DNA of 64,000 nucleotides from Candidatus Latescibacterota bacterium (GTDB lineage Bacteria; Latescibacterota; UBA2968): NCBI GenBank assembly GCA_965198115.1, contig OZ240241.1, positions 3,584,001 to 3,648,000 of the forward strand, read 5' to 3'. Shown piece by piece: positions 42,130 to 52,683 of this stretch (position 1 is its first letter; each line of letters starts with the position of its first letter). The notes under the pieces were generated by a model. It saw only the letters and a program-made list of their open reading frames with translations, ran no database searches and was not told where the DNA came from. The position numbers and the translations under genes were made by a program.

Positions 42130-44827
42130 CTATTGCGATTGGCCTACTTCCTCTTCCAAGATGACCCGTAATCGATCAGTCTCACGTTCGTTCTCGCCCG
42201 CCAGATCCCTCGTCTCTCCCGGATCCACCTCGAGGTCGAACAGACGACTCTCCTCCCCCTCCTGCTCCACCAATTTATACCGCCCATCCCACACGAATCG
42301 CCAATCCTTCAATGCCGAAACGGCTATGTTCCTGTGCGTGTCTTTCTCACCCGCCAGCACTGGCCACAATGACTTCGCATCCGCACCTTCGAGCACCTCC
42401 GCTCCCCCAGCCTCGATATACGTCGCCGCAGGTCCTGAATCTCGACCAACGTGTCCGTCACGACACCCGACGCCACACGTGGTCCCGCAATCACCAACGG
42501 CACGCCCGCCGATGGTTGATACGGAACGCTCTTCCCCCACCGATCGTGGTCGCCCAGCATCTCACCGTGATCGCTGCTGTAGACGATCAAAGTGTTGTCC
42601 AACTCACCACGCGCCTCCACCGCCTGGATGAATCGCCCGGCCTGACGATCGATGTTCTCGATCATCGCTCCGTAGTTGCGGCGAATCTCATTGTGATGGT
42701 CCACATTCAGTTCCGCACTGTCGACCGGGGCAGGATACATAACATCAGGGAGTTCAGGTCAATAGGTGTGTAAAAGAAATCAGGCGGCCATCTTCCCGGC
42801 TTCGACCTGCGGTCCGGTTGAGTGTTTCTGATCGTAGACTTGTTGTAGCAAGTGTGGCGCGGTGAGTTTCCTGAATCGGCTCTCTGCGACCTTGAGCGTA
42901 CGCCAGATGAGAGTCGTGGCGTTCCTGACTTTCTTGAATCGCCTGGCGGCGTTTGTGCGAAGCCGAACGGAAGCAAAGGGGCTCTCGACGACGTTCGTGG
43001 TTCTCAGGTGTTTCCAGTGTTCCTTCGGGAAGTCGTAGAACGTGACCATCCGATCCCAGTCTCTTTCGAGCGTCTCCACGGCGGCAGGGAACTGTGAGCG
43101 ATACCGTGCGGCAAAGCGTTTCCGGAGCTTCTCGGCCTCCTTTTTCGTGCCGGCATAGGGGATCTGGACGAGCAGTGCGCGGGCTTCAGCCTGTGCACGC
43201 TTGGCGACCTTGTCGAGCACGTTGAGGATCTTGTGGTTCCAGCACCGTTGTTGCCGGCTCTCTGGCCAGACCTGATCAACGGCCGCCCAGATGCCCATAT
43301 TCCCGTCCGCGGCGATCAGGACAGGATGTTCGAGCCCGCGATCCCGGAGATCCCGGAGCACCGTGAGCCAGGATTCTGTAGACTCTCGATAACCGGGTTC
43401 TATCGCCAGGATCTCCTTGCTGCCGTCGCTCATCGCGCCGATCACGACCAGCAGACACGCCTTCTCGCGCTCGAGCCCGGCTTTGACGTAGATGCCATCA
43501 GCCCAGGCGTAGACCAGTTCGCGATTATCCAGACGCCTTTCTTTCCAGTCCTGGAAGTCGACCTCCCACTTCCCTCGAAGACGAGCGATCGAGGTCGGCG
43601 AAAGCGGCGCGCCATCACCGAGCAGCGCACGCAAAGACAACTCGAAGTCGCCCTGGGAGAGACCGTGGAGATAAAGGTCGGGAAGCAGATCTCCAATGGC
43701 CCTGGTTCTCCGGGCGAACAGGGGGAGGATGCGGCTTTCAAACCGCTCTTCCAGACCACGAACCCGGGGACGCCGGACCTTGATCGTTCCGCAGCTCGTC
43801 GAGAGACGCCGGGGCTTGCCGTAGCCGTTCCTGTAGCCCCTGGAGCTATCGACCTCGGCTCGGCGCTCATACCACGACCGGCCCAAGAACGCGGTCGCCT
43901 CCTCCTCCAGAATGGACTGGAACCGGCCCTGGATCTCTTCACGGATCCAATCGTCAACCGTCTCCCACGTCGGCATGGACTTCAATGGGGCTCTATGCGT
44001 ATGTTCCTTCACGGCGATCCTCCTTCCCAACCGGGCCTCTCACCCGGTTTTGTGTGAATCAACTATCTCACGGGAAGGGTAGGGTCGCCCTTTCTCTTTT
44101 TCCACACCTTTTGATTATAGCTCACATCAGGACGCGCATCATACATCGACTGCGTAATGTCCATCGGATTGTGCGGTCCCGTGAAGTTGATCACGAGATG
44201 CCACGGCTGCCCTCGAGGCACCTGGTCCAGCAACTTGAGCCCATTTTCGGCGATCCAATTGTCGCAATAGGCGTCATCGGGAAATTTGGTCGGATGCGTG
44301 TCGTGAAATCCGTGACGGTTATCTCGATCGAAATCGTCCAGATGAACCTGCGCCAATCCCCGCTCGTAGAGATACGCCAGATAGGGACCGTGTGGCTCCG
44401 TCTTCCCACTCTTTGTCCCGTCGTACTTACCCTCATTGTCGATCCCGTTGCTGAATCCCCACTCACCGATCAGCCGCTTCCCATCCAACCCCCATTCCGG
44501 CGTGTTCTTGCTTAAATCGAACTTCCCCACACCCATCACGTGGTATCCTGCATCACGCAACCGCTGGTAATAGGTCAGCTGATCCAACGGATAGTCATAC
44601 CCGTTCCCTGGAACCCGACATCGATGGTATCGCCTCCCCGAAGCCAGACACGCCCGCGCCGGCGCACACACGGGCGAAGGCGTGATCGCATTCGTAAACC
44701 GAACACCCCGAGCCCCCAACGCGTCAATATTCGGCGTCCGTACCGGCACCTCCGGATTCGTCCCCAGAAAATCGTGCCGATGCTGATCGGAAAAAAAGAA
44801 GAGAATGTTAGGTTTCATCGCTTTCAC
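42130..44827 (-). pseudogene. Sulfatase interrupted by IS256 (plus a 1-bp frameshift near 42430)
   Basis: PNILFFFSDQHR, CAPAR, GPHNP, SSDHGEMLGDH. IS removal gives in-frame DARPDV-MYPAPVD. Confidence 0.92.
42750..44123 (-). mobile_element. IS256 family element (transposase 42780..44030)
   Basis: YRNGY, WADGIY, AADG, QRCWNH, RTTNVVES; IRs GAG...GGTGTG.AAAAG; 8-bp TSD ACATCAGG. Confidence 0.96.
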
Positions 44828-45046
44828 TAAATCGATGTCAGTTCGGGCGTCAAGAACACGACTTTGGCCGTCTAAAAGGGACTTCTCGACTTCGCTCGAA
44901 GTGACCCTGTTTAGGCTTCCGGAACGGAGTTCCTCTCACCCCACTGGTAGTTCCGTTCGTGTTTTTCGTGTATTTCGTGGTTCTGGTTTCCTTCCGTGTA
45001 TTCCGTGTATGGAGTTTATCCCGAGCGGAGTCGAGGGGTGGTCCGG

Positions 45047-46489
45047 CTAGTCTTTTACAATGTCAGGCCCATATGGCGCCAGCCGGAGCACCGGGTAATG
45101 CGAATTCCACATCGCCGCATCCTCTGTATCCCTTATTACCGACCAGCAATGATGCATCAACGACCGCACGACATCTTCGTGACTGGGATCGTCAATGAGA
45201 TTTGTCATTTCGTAGGGATCGTCGTCGAGGTTGTAGAGCTCGTCGAAGTCGAACCCATTCAGACAAAGCTTCCACGGTTCGTCCCACACGACCCGCTGCG
45301 TCAACCGGTAGCGCCCACCGTGGTATTCCGCAAAACCTCTCGTGAAAGTGCCCACGCTCCCCTTCGTGTCCTTCAGCGTCGCCGCGAAAGATCTTGAATC
45401 CGGCGACCCGATCGTATTCTCGCCCGCCAGCTCGAGTAGCGTCGGCGCCAGATCGTGAAGGCTCACGCGGGCTTCGCTCGTCACATCCGTGGCGATGTCC
45501 GGACCACTTACGACCATCGGGATCTGATAGACCTCTTCGAACCCGCCAATGTTCTTGCAGTACAGTCCGTGTGAGCCGAGCAACTCCCCGTGATCGCTCG
45601 TCAACACAATGATTGTGTTGTCCCTCTGACCCGATTCATCCAGAAAATCGATCAGACGGCCGTACTGTTCGTCGATCTCGGAAATCGACGCATAGTAACA
45701 GGCAGCGGCCTCCCGCTTCTGTCGATCGGTCATATCCAGCCACGTCTCACCCGCCTTCCGATACAGATTCGGCTGCCCGATCAGATCATTATCCACATTC
45801 GGCTGGAGAGGAATGTCATCCACGGTGTACTTCGCAAACGCATCCTCTCCTGTCACGAATGGATCGTGCGGCTCTGTGATGCTCACGAAGCAGCACCAGG
45901 GATCGGCCCCATCGGAGTTCTCTCTCAGGAAATCCAGACCCAGCTCGGTCACGATGCCCACACCACGTCTTTCCGGCGGAACATCCGTCACGCCATACAA
46001 CAGTGATTGTCTGTACCCCGGCGGCAAGTTATTAGTCTTCTTCAGAGAAAAGGATCCATCGCTCTTTCCACCACCACCCTTTTCCGCAGACGCTTTCTTA
46101 TAAGGTTCGCCCGAGTTGACGCCATTAACCTGCCACCCGAACCGCGTCAGGTCGTCCGTCCGCTCGACGTGCCACTTTCCGAAGTAGCCGGTCCGATAGC
46201 CTGCCGCTTCCAACCTCTGGGCCCAGTGGGGCAACTCCGTCCGCAGGTTGCACTGGTCGTCATCCACACAATGGATAACCTCCAGCACCCCGTTCGTATG
46301 GGGCAGTGTTCCTGTCATCAGACTGGCTCTCGCCGGCGAACAGACCGCATTCGGCGTGTACGCACGTGGAAAACGCACACCCTTCTTCGCAAGCGCGTCA
46401 AAGTTCGGAGTACGGCAAGGATGGTCCGACTCCAGGACACGCCCTTGCATCTGATCCGTCATTAGAAATAGGATGTTTGGTCTACTCAT
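45047..46489 (-). CDS. Sulfatase
   Basis: RPNILFLMTDQ, CSPARAS, GKWH, EPHDP, TSDHGE, ELYNLDDDPYE. Confidence 0.93.
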   Translation of the reverse strand: MSRPNILFLMTDQMQGRVLESDHPCRTPNFDALAKKGVRFPRAYTPNAVCSPARASLMTGTLPHTNGVLEVIHCVDDDQCNLRTELPHWAQRLEAAGYRTGYFGKWHVERTDDLTRFGWQVNGVNSGEPYKKASAEKGGGGKSDGSFSLKKTNNLPPGYRQSLLYGVTDVPPERRGVGIVTELGLDFLRENSDGADPWCCFVSITEPHDPFVTGEDAFAKYTVDDIPLQPNVDNDLIGQPNLYRKAGETWLDMTDRQKREAAACYYASISEIDEQYGRLIDFLDESGQRDNTIIVLTSDHGELLGSHGLYCKNIGGFEEVYQIPMVVSGPDIATDVTSEARVSLHDLAPTLLELAGENTIGSPDSRSFAATLKDTKGSVGTFTRGFAEYHGGRYRLTQRVVWDEPWKLCLNGFDFDELYNLDDDPYEMTNLIDDPSHEDVVRSLMHHCWSVIRDTEDAAMWNSHYPVLRLAPYGPDIVKD

Positions 46490-46513
46490 ATATTCCACCA
46501 ACGCTACAGCCTC

Positions 46514-46643
46514 GTCATCCCGGGTGAGGCGACCCGTCCTCGATGGGCTAACGCCCGAGACAAGCCTGCCTCGAACGGCGTGAGGGGCCCATTCCTCTTC
46601 TCCAAACAAAACTGGATCCCGGCCAGAAACTTGCCGGGATGAC
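46514..46643. repeat. CGTC-type palindromic repeat / MITE-like element (130 bp)
   Basis: Terminal inverted repeat GTCATCCCGG...CCGGGATGAC with internal hairpins. Confidence 0.7.
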
Positions 46644-46681
46644 AGTCTAGTAGGCGCGGCCCCAATCCCCAAATCCACGGC

Positions 46682-47643
46682 CTATCGTCCAACGTCCCCC
46701 GGGCGTCTGCCCTCCGTGATCTCCGTGTTCTCCGTGGTAAGTCTTCGGTTTTCTCTGACCAGCCACAGCCTCACGTAATGCCGTCTCTTCTCCGACTCCG
46801 GATGATCCTCGAAAGCCGTTCGATTGTGAAGAATCCAATGATTGTTCGTGAACAGCATCTGCCCGGGTTCGAGCGAGAACGTCACGTGCAAATCGCTGCG
46901 GCCAAGGGTTTGATCGATGGCATCGAGAAGCGCACACTGCTGTTCCGTCGGCGGCTCGCCTGACACATCGTGACCGACGCGGATGTAGTAATCCAGATAC
47001 CTGGTATCGAGTTCCTGACCATCCCACCGAAAAATCGGTGCGACCATCACGTTCGGTTCACCAGGACGAAACTGTCCGCGACGGTCGAAGTGAAAGCAAT
47101 CGTAGCCCGCTGGAAGGCAATCGAACGCCCCCGTCCGGAGAGCATTGTGAAGACCATACGCGGAAACGAGCTGACTCTCCCCGCCACGTTCCGCGGTCGC
47201 CAGACAGAGGAGCCCCACATACTCGGGAGGCGTATCGGCGAAAGCGGCATCGGTGTGAAAGCTGCTCTCCGCGTTCGTCACAGAAAACCGTGCGCCTTCC
47301 GCCACATCTGCCCCTTCACGTCATACAGCAATGTCCCCTCGACGTTCTGCTCGATCGGCGTCCCAAGCGATTGACCGATCCGCCAGTAGACGCGCCGAGC
47401 CGATTCAACCGGCACCCGATCGATCAGGATGAACCCGCGCCCCTCGTCGAGCTCCCGAATCATCGGCTCAAAGACGGGCCGCCAATCGTCCAGCAATGCC
47501 GGATCTGCGTTCAATTCCTTCCCACCACCCTCCGCGTATGCATCGACCAAGCCATTCGGTAGCGCGTGGACCCAGTTCTCCGGCGCATCGATCGTTCTTG
47601 CGGTCCAGCCACTAGGCGCCGGTATGTGTTCATTCAATTGCAT
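46682..47643 (-). CDS. TauD/TfdA family dioxygenase (frameshift near 47310)
   Basis: GRGF, FHTD, GLLCL...GGES, NNHWILHNRTAF, RRHYVRLWL. Confidence 0.88.
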
Positions 47644-47650
47644 TGTTTTG

Positions 47651-47819
47651 AGCGCTGAAGGCGCGTCATATCCTAGCCCAGGGCAACGCCCTGGGTAACG
47701 TAAAACCACGTCACACGTGCGGGCTATAGGCCCGCGACGCGTTTTTGCGGGGCTATCGCGGACCGTTGGCCCGCAGAAAGCATTGCGCCAAGAGAACCCA
47801 GCCCTTCGGGCTGGGCTAA
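47651..47819. repeat. Multi-hairpin REP/REPIN-like element, continuing at 50411-50435 beyond the inserted IS
   Basis: GCGCTGAAGGCGC, AGCCCAGGGCAACGCCCTGGG, CGGACCGTTGGCCCG, CCCAGCCCTTCGGGCTGGGC-TAA | GGAATAACGGGCCGTTGGCCCG. Confidence 0.7.
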
Positions 47820-50410
47820 GTACTCCTGTTCGCAAATACGGTGACGTATTCTTAGGGTTTGCCACGAAATAAGTGCTGCACTTTTCAAGGTAATGATCTT
47901 ACGCTCGGAGTGTGGACGTCGAAACTCTCCGAACGAAGTATGAAGCCTTGGCTCCGGTGCTGACGGAACGCACGCGTCGTCTGTGGGCCGCCACGGAAGC
48001 CGAAGCGTTGGGTCACGGTGGGATCGCGATTGTGGCTCTGGCGACAGGAATGTCCAGAGAGCGGATCTTTCGTGGCATTCAGGAGTTGAGGTCGGACGAA
48101 CCTTTGGACCCGGCTCGCATCCGGCGTCCAGGCGGCGGTCGTAAGCGGAAGGCCGACACGGACCCGACGCTGTGGCAGGACCTGAATGATCTGGTCGAGC
48201 CAACGACTGCGGGGTCGCCTGACGACAATCCTCTGAGATGGACATCGAAGAGCACTCGCAAACTGGCCGCCGAGTTGCAAGCGATGGGGCATTCGGTGAG
48301 CCCCAGGATCGTTGCCAATCTCCTGCACGAACACGATTACACGCTGCAGGCGAATCGGAAGACAAGGGAGGGATCTGCACACCCGGATCGGGACGCTCAG
48401 TTCGTTTACCTCGATGATCGGATTAGCCAGCAGCAGCAGCAGGGCCTTCCCGTTATCTCGGTGGACACCAAGAAGAAAGAGTTGATCGGCGACTTCAAGA
48501 ATCCTGGCCGAGAATGGCGACCCAAGGGAGACCCGGAGCGTGTGAAGGTACACGATTTCATAGTGCCTGCTCAGGGCAAGGCGATCCCTTATGGAGTGTA
48601 TGATCTGAGCCGTGATGAAGGCTGGGTAAGTGTCGGTATCGATCACGACACGGCCAGCTTCGCCGTGAATGCGATCCGAAGTTGGTGGAAGAACATGGGA
48701 CGGCCCGCCTACGGCACTTCGACGCATCTGCTAATCACGGCGGACGCAGGCGGCAGCAACGGCGCCAAGACGCGGCTGTGGAAGTGGGAGCTGCAGCGCT
48801 TTGCGAATCGCACTGGCCTGACGATCACCGTATGCCACTACCCTCCTGGCACTAGTAAGTGGAACAAGATCGAACATCGCCTGTTCTCCTTCATCGCTAT
48901 GAACTGGCGAGGCAAGCCCCTGGTCAGCCTGGCTGCAACCGTGAATCTCATTGCCGGAACGACCACTCAAGCCGGTCTCCGAGTACGCTCCGAGATCGAC
49001 AAGCGACCCTACCCTAACGGGGTCAAGGTGACCGATGAACAGATGACCCAAATCGATCTCACTCCGCACGATTTCCACGGCGACTGGAACTACACGATCC
49101 GGCCAATGGCTCAACATTGAGATCGACCTTATTTATTCCGAACCCTTAGTACTCCTGTTCGCAAATACGGTGACGTATTCTAAGCAGACTTTGCCAAGGG
49201 CGTATCGTAGAACCTGAGTTTGTCGATCATCTCCGCGAGATCTGTTCGTGTGAACTTCCATTTGAAGGGTGTGGCGATACGTCCGTAGCGTTCCTGAAAA
49301 CCGAGGATTCTTGCCTCAAGCTCTTCGAGCGATGCAAATTCGATAGGTGTCAGAGCCTTGCGTTTGAGGATCGAGAAGTAGATCTCGATCTGATTGAGCC
49401 AGCTTGCGTGGATCGGAAGGTGAACGGGGTGGATGTTTGGCCACTTCCCCTGGATACGGTCGATGCATGTTTGCCCTCGGTGCGAGGAGCCATTATCCAC
49501 GATGAGGTAGACTTTCTTTGCCGAGCAATAGGGTTTCCGGCTCATGATCAGGCTCAGGAGCCGGTTGAAGGGCTCGATACCCGAAGAAGACTCACAGAGA
49601 CCGAAGATTCGACCATTGTGCACGTCGAGAGCAGCCAGATAGGCCAGGGCTCCTTTCCGCTCGTATTCGTGTTTCAACGCGTGCCGCTCTGTTCGAGGCT
49701 GGCGGTAGGGTAACGTGCTTGCGAGCTCGTGCTTGAATACTGGTCTTTTCGTCGGCAGAAAGTACATATTCCCTCGGCCCTAAAGGCTTTCCTTGCCATT
49801 GGCGGTGATACAGATCAAGGACTCTACCTGCTTTGGTTTGGAAGTCCGGGTCCCGTGGGAAAATCCAGGAGCGATGATACCAAGGACGAATCGCGTCCTC
49901 GTTCAACCAGCGCCAGACAGTGGCGCCGCTGATCTTGGCAACGAAGCCCCTTTGCACTGCCTCGGCGGCAATCTCGGAACAGCTGAACCGCGAGAGCGGT
50001 ATCCCGCTCTCGCTCGGTAGTTCACACGCCAGCGCCTTGATCTGAACGACCACCTGAGGGGGGAAAACCGGGCGGGCGCCCGGGACGAGATCTATCTTCG
50101 AGTCCCGAAAGACGCTCTTCGAAAAAGCGCTTACGCCATTTGCTTACGATCGGACGCGGAACATCCAACCGTTGGGCGATAATCTTGTTGGATAATCCCT
50201 CGGCGGCGAGAAGCACGATTTTCGATCGGATCACTTGATAATACGATAACGTATATTGTCCAGCCATTCGCTCGAGGTCGACCCGTTCCTTCTCAGACAG
50301 TAGCACCACATAAGGCGAACGTCTTGGCATTGTTCTCCTCCTTTTGAAGGAGAACATAAGCTACAAATAATGTTCAGGACATACGTAATAATGTTTATGA
50401 AACCATGCAC
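47820..50410 (-). mobile_element. IS630-like element (HTH orf 50022..50330 + DDE region 49180..50053) with a duplicated terminal IR and a nested ISAzo13
   Basis: VSKWRKRF..L.D..RPGRP, slippery TTTTCCCCCC junction, ADEKTSIQ, IVDNGSSH, ASWLNQIE; imperfect IRs GTAC...ACGTAT / GTGC...ACGTAT; TAA duplicated at 47817-47819 and 50411-50413. Confidence 0.9.
47855..49145 (+). mobile_element. ISAzo13 family element, copy 2 (transposase 47912..49120)
   Basis: Protein identical to copy 1 in the ORF track; TTA duplicated at 47852-47854 and 49146-49148. Confidence 0.96.
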
Positions 50411-50580
50411 TAAGGAATAACGGGCCGTTGGCCCGTTCGACAGAAGATCTCCACCAGTGAAGCCTCAGACTGGGCTCCCCCATTGGGGATATCAGGGATA
50501 CAGCGTCAAATGGGGATCTACGACAGTCCCAATTTCTCAATTCCCTAATTTCCTAATACGCCAATGAGCGCACCCACGCT

Positions 50581-52434
50581 CTACCGTAGCGCGCTATAAA
50601 CCGGTCCTCGATTCCGCCACTCGATCGGCATCCCCTCGCACAGGTCGATGAGCTGAGGAACGTCCACCACTTTCAACAGGCCGAAACAAAACAGCGGCAC
50701 GGCATCCATATAGGCCACCGGCATCTCGATCAATCTCTTTAGCGATTCCGCGAGTCCATCGACATACAACGACGAAAACTGTCGTGGCCTCAGAGCAGCT
50801 GCAGTCAGTGCCGCGAAACTCGTTACCTGACCCGTCGCGTGGAGATCCACGCCCTTTCCCGCCCAGTCTGACACATCCAGAATCTGACCTACGAGCACGC
50901 CAAGAGGACGCTCACCAGCTATGCTTAGCGACATATCGAGCCTACCGGGATAGTTATTCTCTCCGGTCCCATAGACATCCGCCGCAATCACCGTTCTACC
51001 CTCGCCGACGAGTTGACTTACGCGCTGAATCGAACCACGGCGGCCGCCATCGTCGATCACCAGCGACGGTCGACCTCTGCCCTTGAAGCGCGTAGCTGGA
51101 ACAGTCCAGTCCGATCCCAGGCGAATTCGCAAGTGTTCGGCGTGAGATGACCGTGCCACGCGCTCAACGCGCACGCGATTCCGTCGAAGCACGATCGTTT
51201 CTGTGACTTGCTTCCGGGCTTTCCCGATGGCGCTCTTCGAGCGAATGGCCCTGTGCGCGATCTTGTCGGCGGTCTTTTGTGCCAGCGACAGCATTGTCTC
51301 GCTGGTCGTCGGAAGGCCGATATTCAGGTCCCGTTCGCTCAGAAGCTCATCCCCGAACGGAAGATCCTGTTCCGGCGTATCCAGCCCGAAATGCGTGTTC
51401 AGAAACCTGTACAGCTGGCTGCGATTATCCGCCTCGTAGTTGTGTGTTCCCGGATCCCAGTTCTCGTAGAAAACCAGCCGGTCACCCACGCCGAGGTTCT
51501 CGTAGACCGGTTTGACCGGTTTGTAGACACTCCTGCGGGTTCGCCGGGACCGGAAGCAGCAATCGTCGCGAAGGTTGTAGATGAGAAGCGTCGGCCGAGG
51601 AGCGAAAAGAGCCGTCATCAGATCGTAATCCGCGACCGTACACAGATCGACAGGCATCTGCTCGAGGTCTCCGATGTCCGCCGAACAGCTGACACGCTGC
51701 CAAGCGGGAGAATGTCCGGCCACCGGAACGATCGTCGTAATCCGCTCATCGGTCGACGCTAGCACGGCGGTCTGCCATCCCCCACCGGACAGACCCGTCA
51801 TCGCGACTCGATTCGGATCGCAGTGTCGATGCGCGATGAGCAGATCGAGGGCCCTGCTCATCGCCAGGTAGAAGACGGAAACACCAGCCGCGCCGCAAAG
51901 GTCCATATGCCCGACGCGGTAATGATCCCGGTTCATCGAAAGCTCGCCCATCCCGATGAATTCCGTATTCAGCGCCAGCATTCCGCGCTTCGCGAGGTTG
52001 ATACACCGTGCCTGCTTGTAGTCCATCGCCTTACCGCCGATGTGGTGACCGTTCGGATTCAGTACCGCCGGCACCTTTCCCCGCAGGTTCGTCGGCTCAT
52101 AGAGCAGGGCCGGTATCCACATTCCCGGATACCCCTCAAACCGAACCTTCCGGATCCGATACCCACGCCCTGTTTCGATCACGTCTCCCCACACCACCTT
52201 CGGCTTCAGACGCGTCAATCCAATCGGCAGCCCCTTGAAATAGACCTCACGCAGAAGCCTTTTTCTCAACACCTTCGCTCGATCCGCCCATCCCCGGCTT
52301 GTCTTGGGTGCGTGCCACCGTTTAAGCTTCGACAGGATATAGGCATTCAACTCACATCGCTTCGGATCCTCGTGATTCCTCCGACCCAACAGCGATCGAT
52401 TCAATGCCACTGTAATCTGTCTCTCCGTCGCCAT
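50581..52434 (-). CDS. Acetyl xylan esterase-like alpha/beta hydrolase
   Basis: PAVLNPNGH, GMGE, nucleophile elbow MTGLSGGGWQT, DDCCF, THNY. Confidence 0.8.
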   Translation of the reverse strand: MATERQITVALNRSLLGRRNHEDPKRCELNAYILSKLKRWHAPKTSRGWADRAKVLRKRLLREVYFKGLPIGLTRLKPKVVWGDVIETGRGYRIRKVRFEGYPGMWIPALLYEPTNLRGKVPAVLNPNGHHIGGKAMDYKQARCINLAKRGMLALNTEFIGMGELSMNRDHYRVGHMDLCGAAGVSVFYLAMSRALDLLIAHRHCDPNRVAMTGLSGGGWQTAVLASTDERITTIVPVAGHSPAWQRVSCSADIGDLEQMPVDLCTVADYDLMTALFAPRPTLLIYNLRDDCCFRSRRTRRSVYKPVKPVYENLGVGDRLVFYENWDPGTHNYEADNRSQLYRFLNTHFGLDTPEQDLPFGDELLSERDLNIGLPTTSETMLSLAQKTADKIAHRAIRSKSAIGKARKQVTETIVLRRNRVRVERVARSSHAEHLRIRLGSDWTVPATRFKGRGRPSLVIDDGGRRGSIQRVSQLVGEGRTVIAADVYGTGENNYPGRLDMSLSIAGERPLGVLVGQILDVSDWAGKGVDLHATGQVTSFAALTAAALRPRQFSSLYVDGLAESLKRLIEMPVAYMDAVPLFCFGLLKVVDVPQLIDLCEGMPIEWRNRGPVYSALR

Positions 52435-52631
52435 CGCTGGATTCCCTTCGATAGGTTTGCCGCATGATCATCGCAGGCTGAAGATCTGATCACCCTAACG
52501 CGGCGCCTCACGGCAACTTCTGTCAAATGGTCACTGCAACAGGTTCTTGGTGCCCGGAGGTACATCCTGAGCGGAGTCGAAGGGCCAGTCCCACCGGTTG
52601 CGTCTAACCATCGCCACGCCTGCTCCCCTGC

Positions 52632-52669
52632 CTGTCCTGAGTAGCCTGCGCAGCAGGCGTATCGAAGGG
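52632..52669 (+). repeat. REP-like hairpin repeat family A, copy 3
   Basis: CTGTCCTGAGTA-GCCTGC-GCA-GCAGGC-GTATCGAAGGG. Confidence 0.8.
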
Positions 52670-52683
52670 CTCGCCTGCTCATT

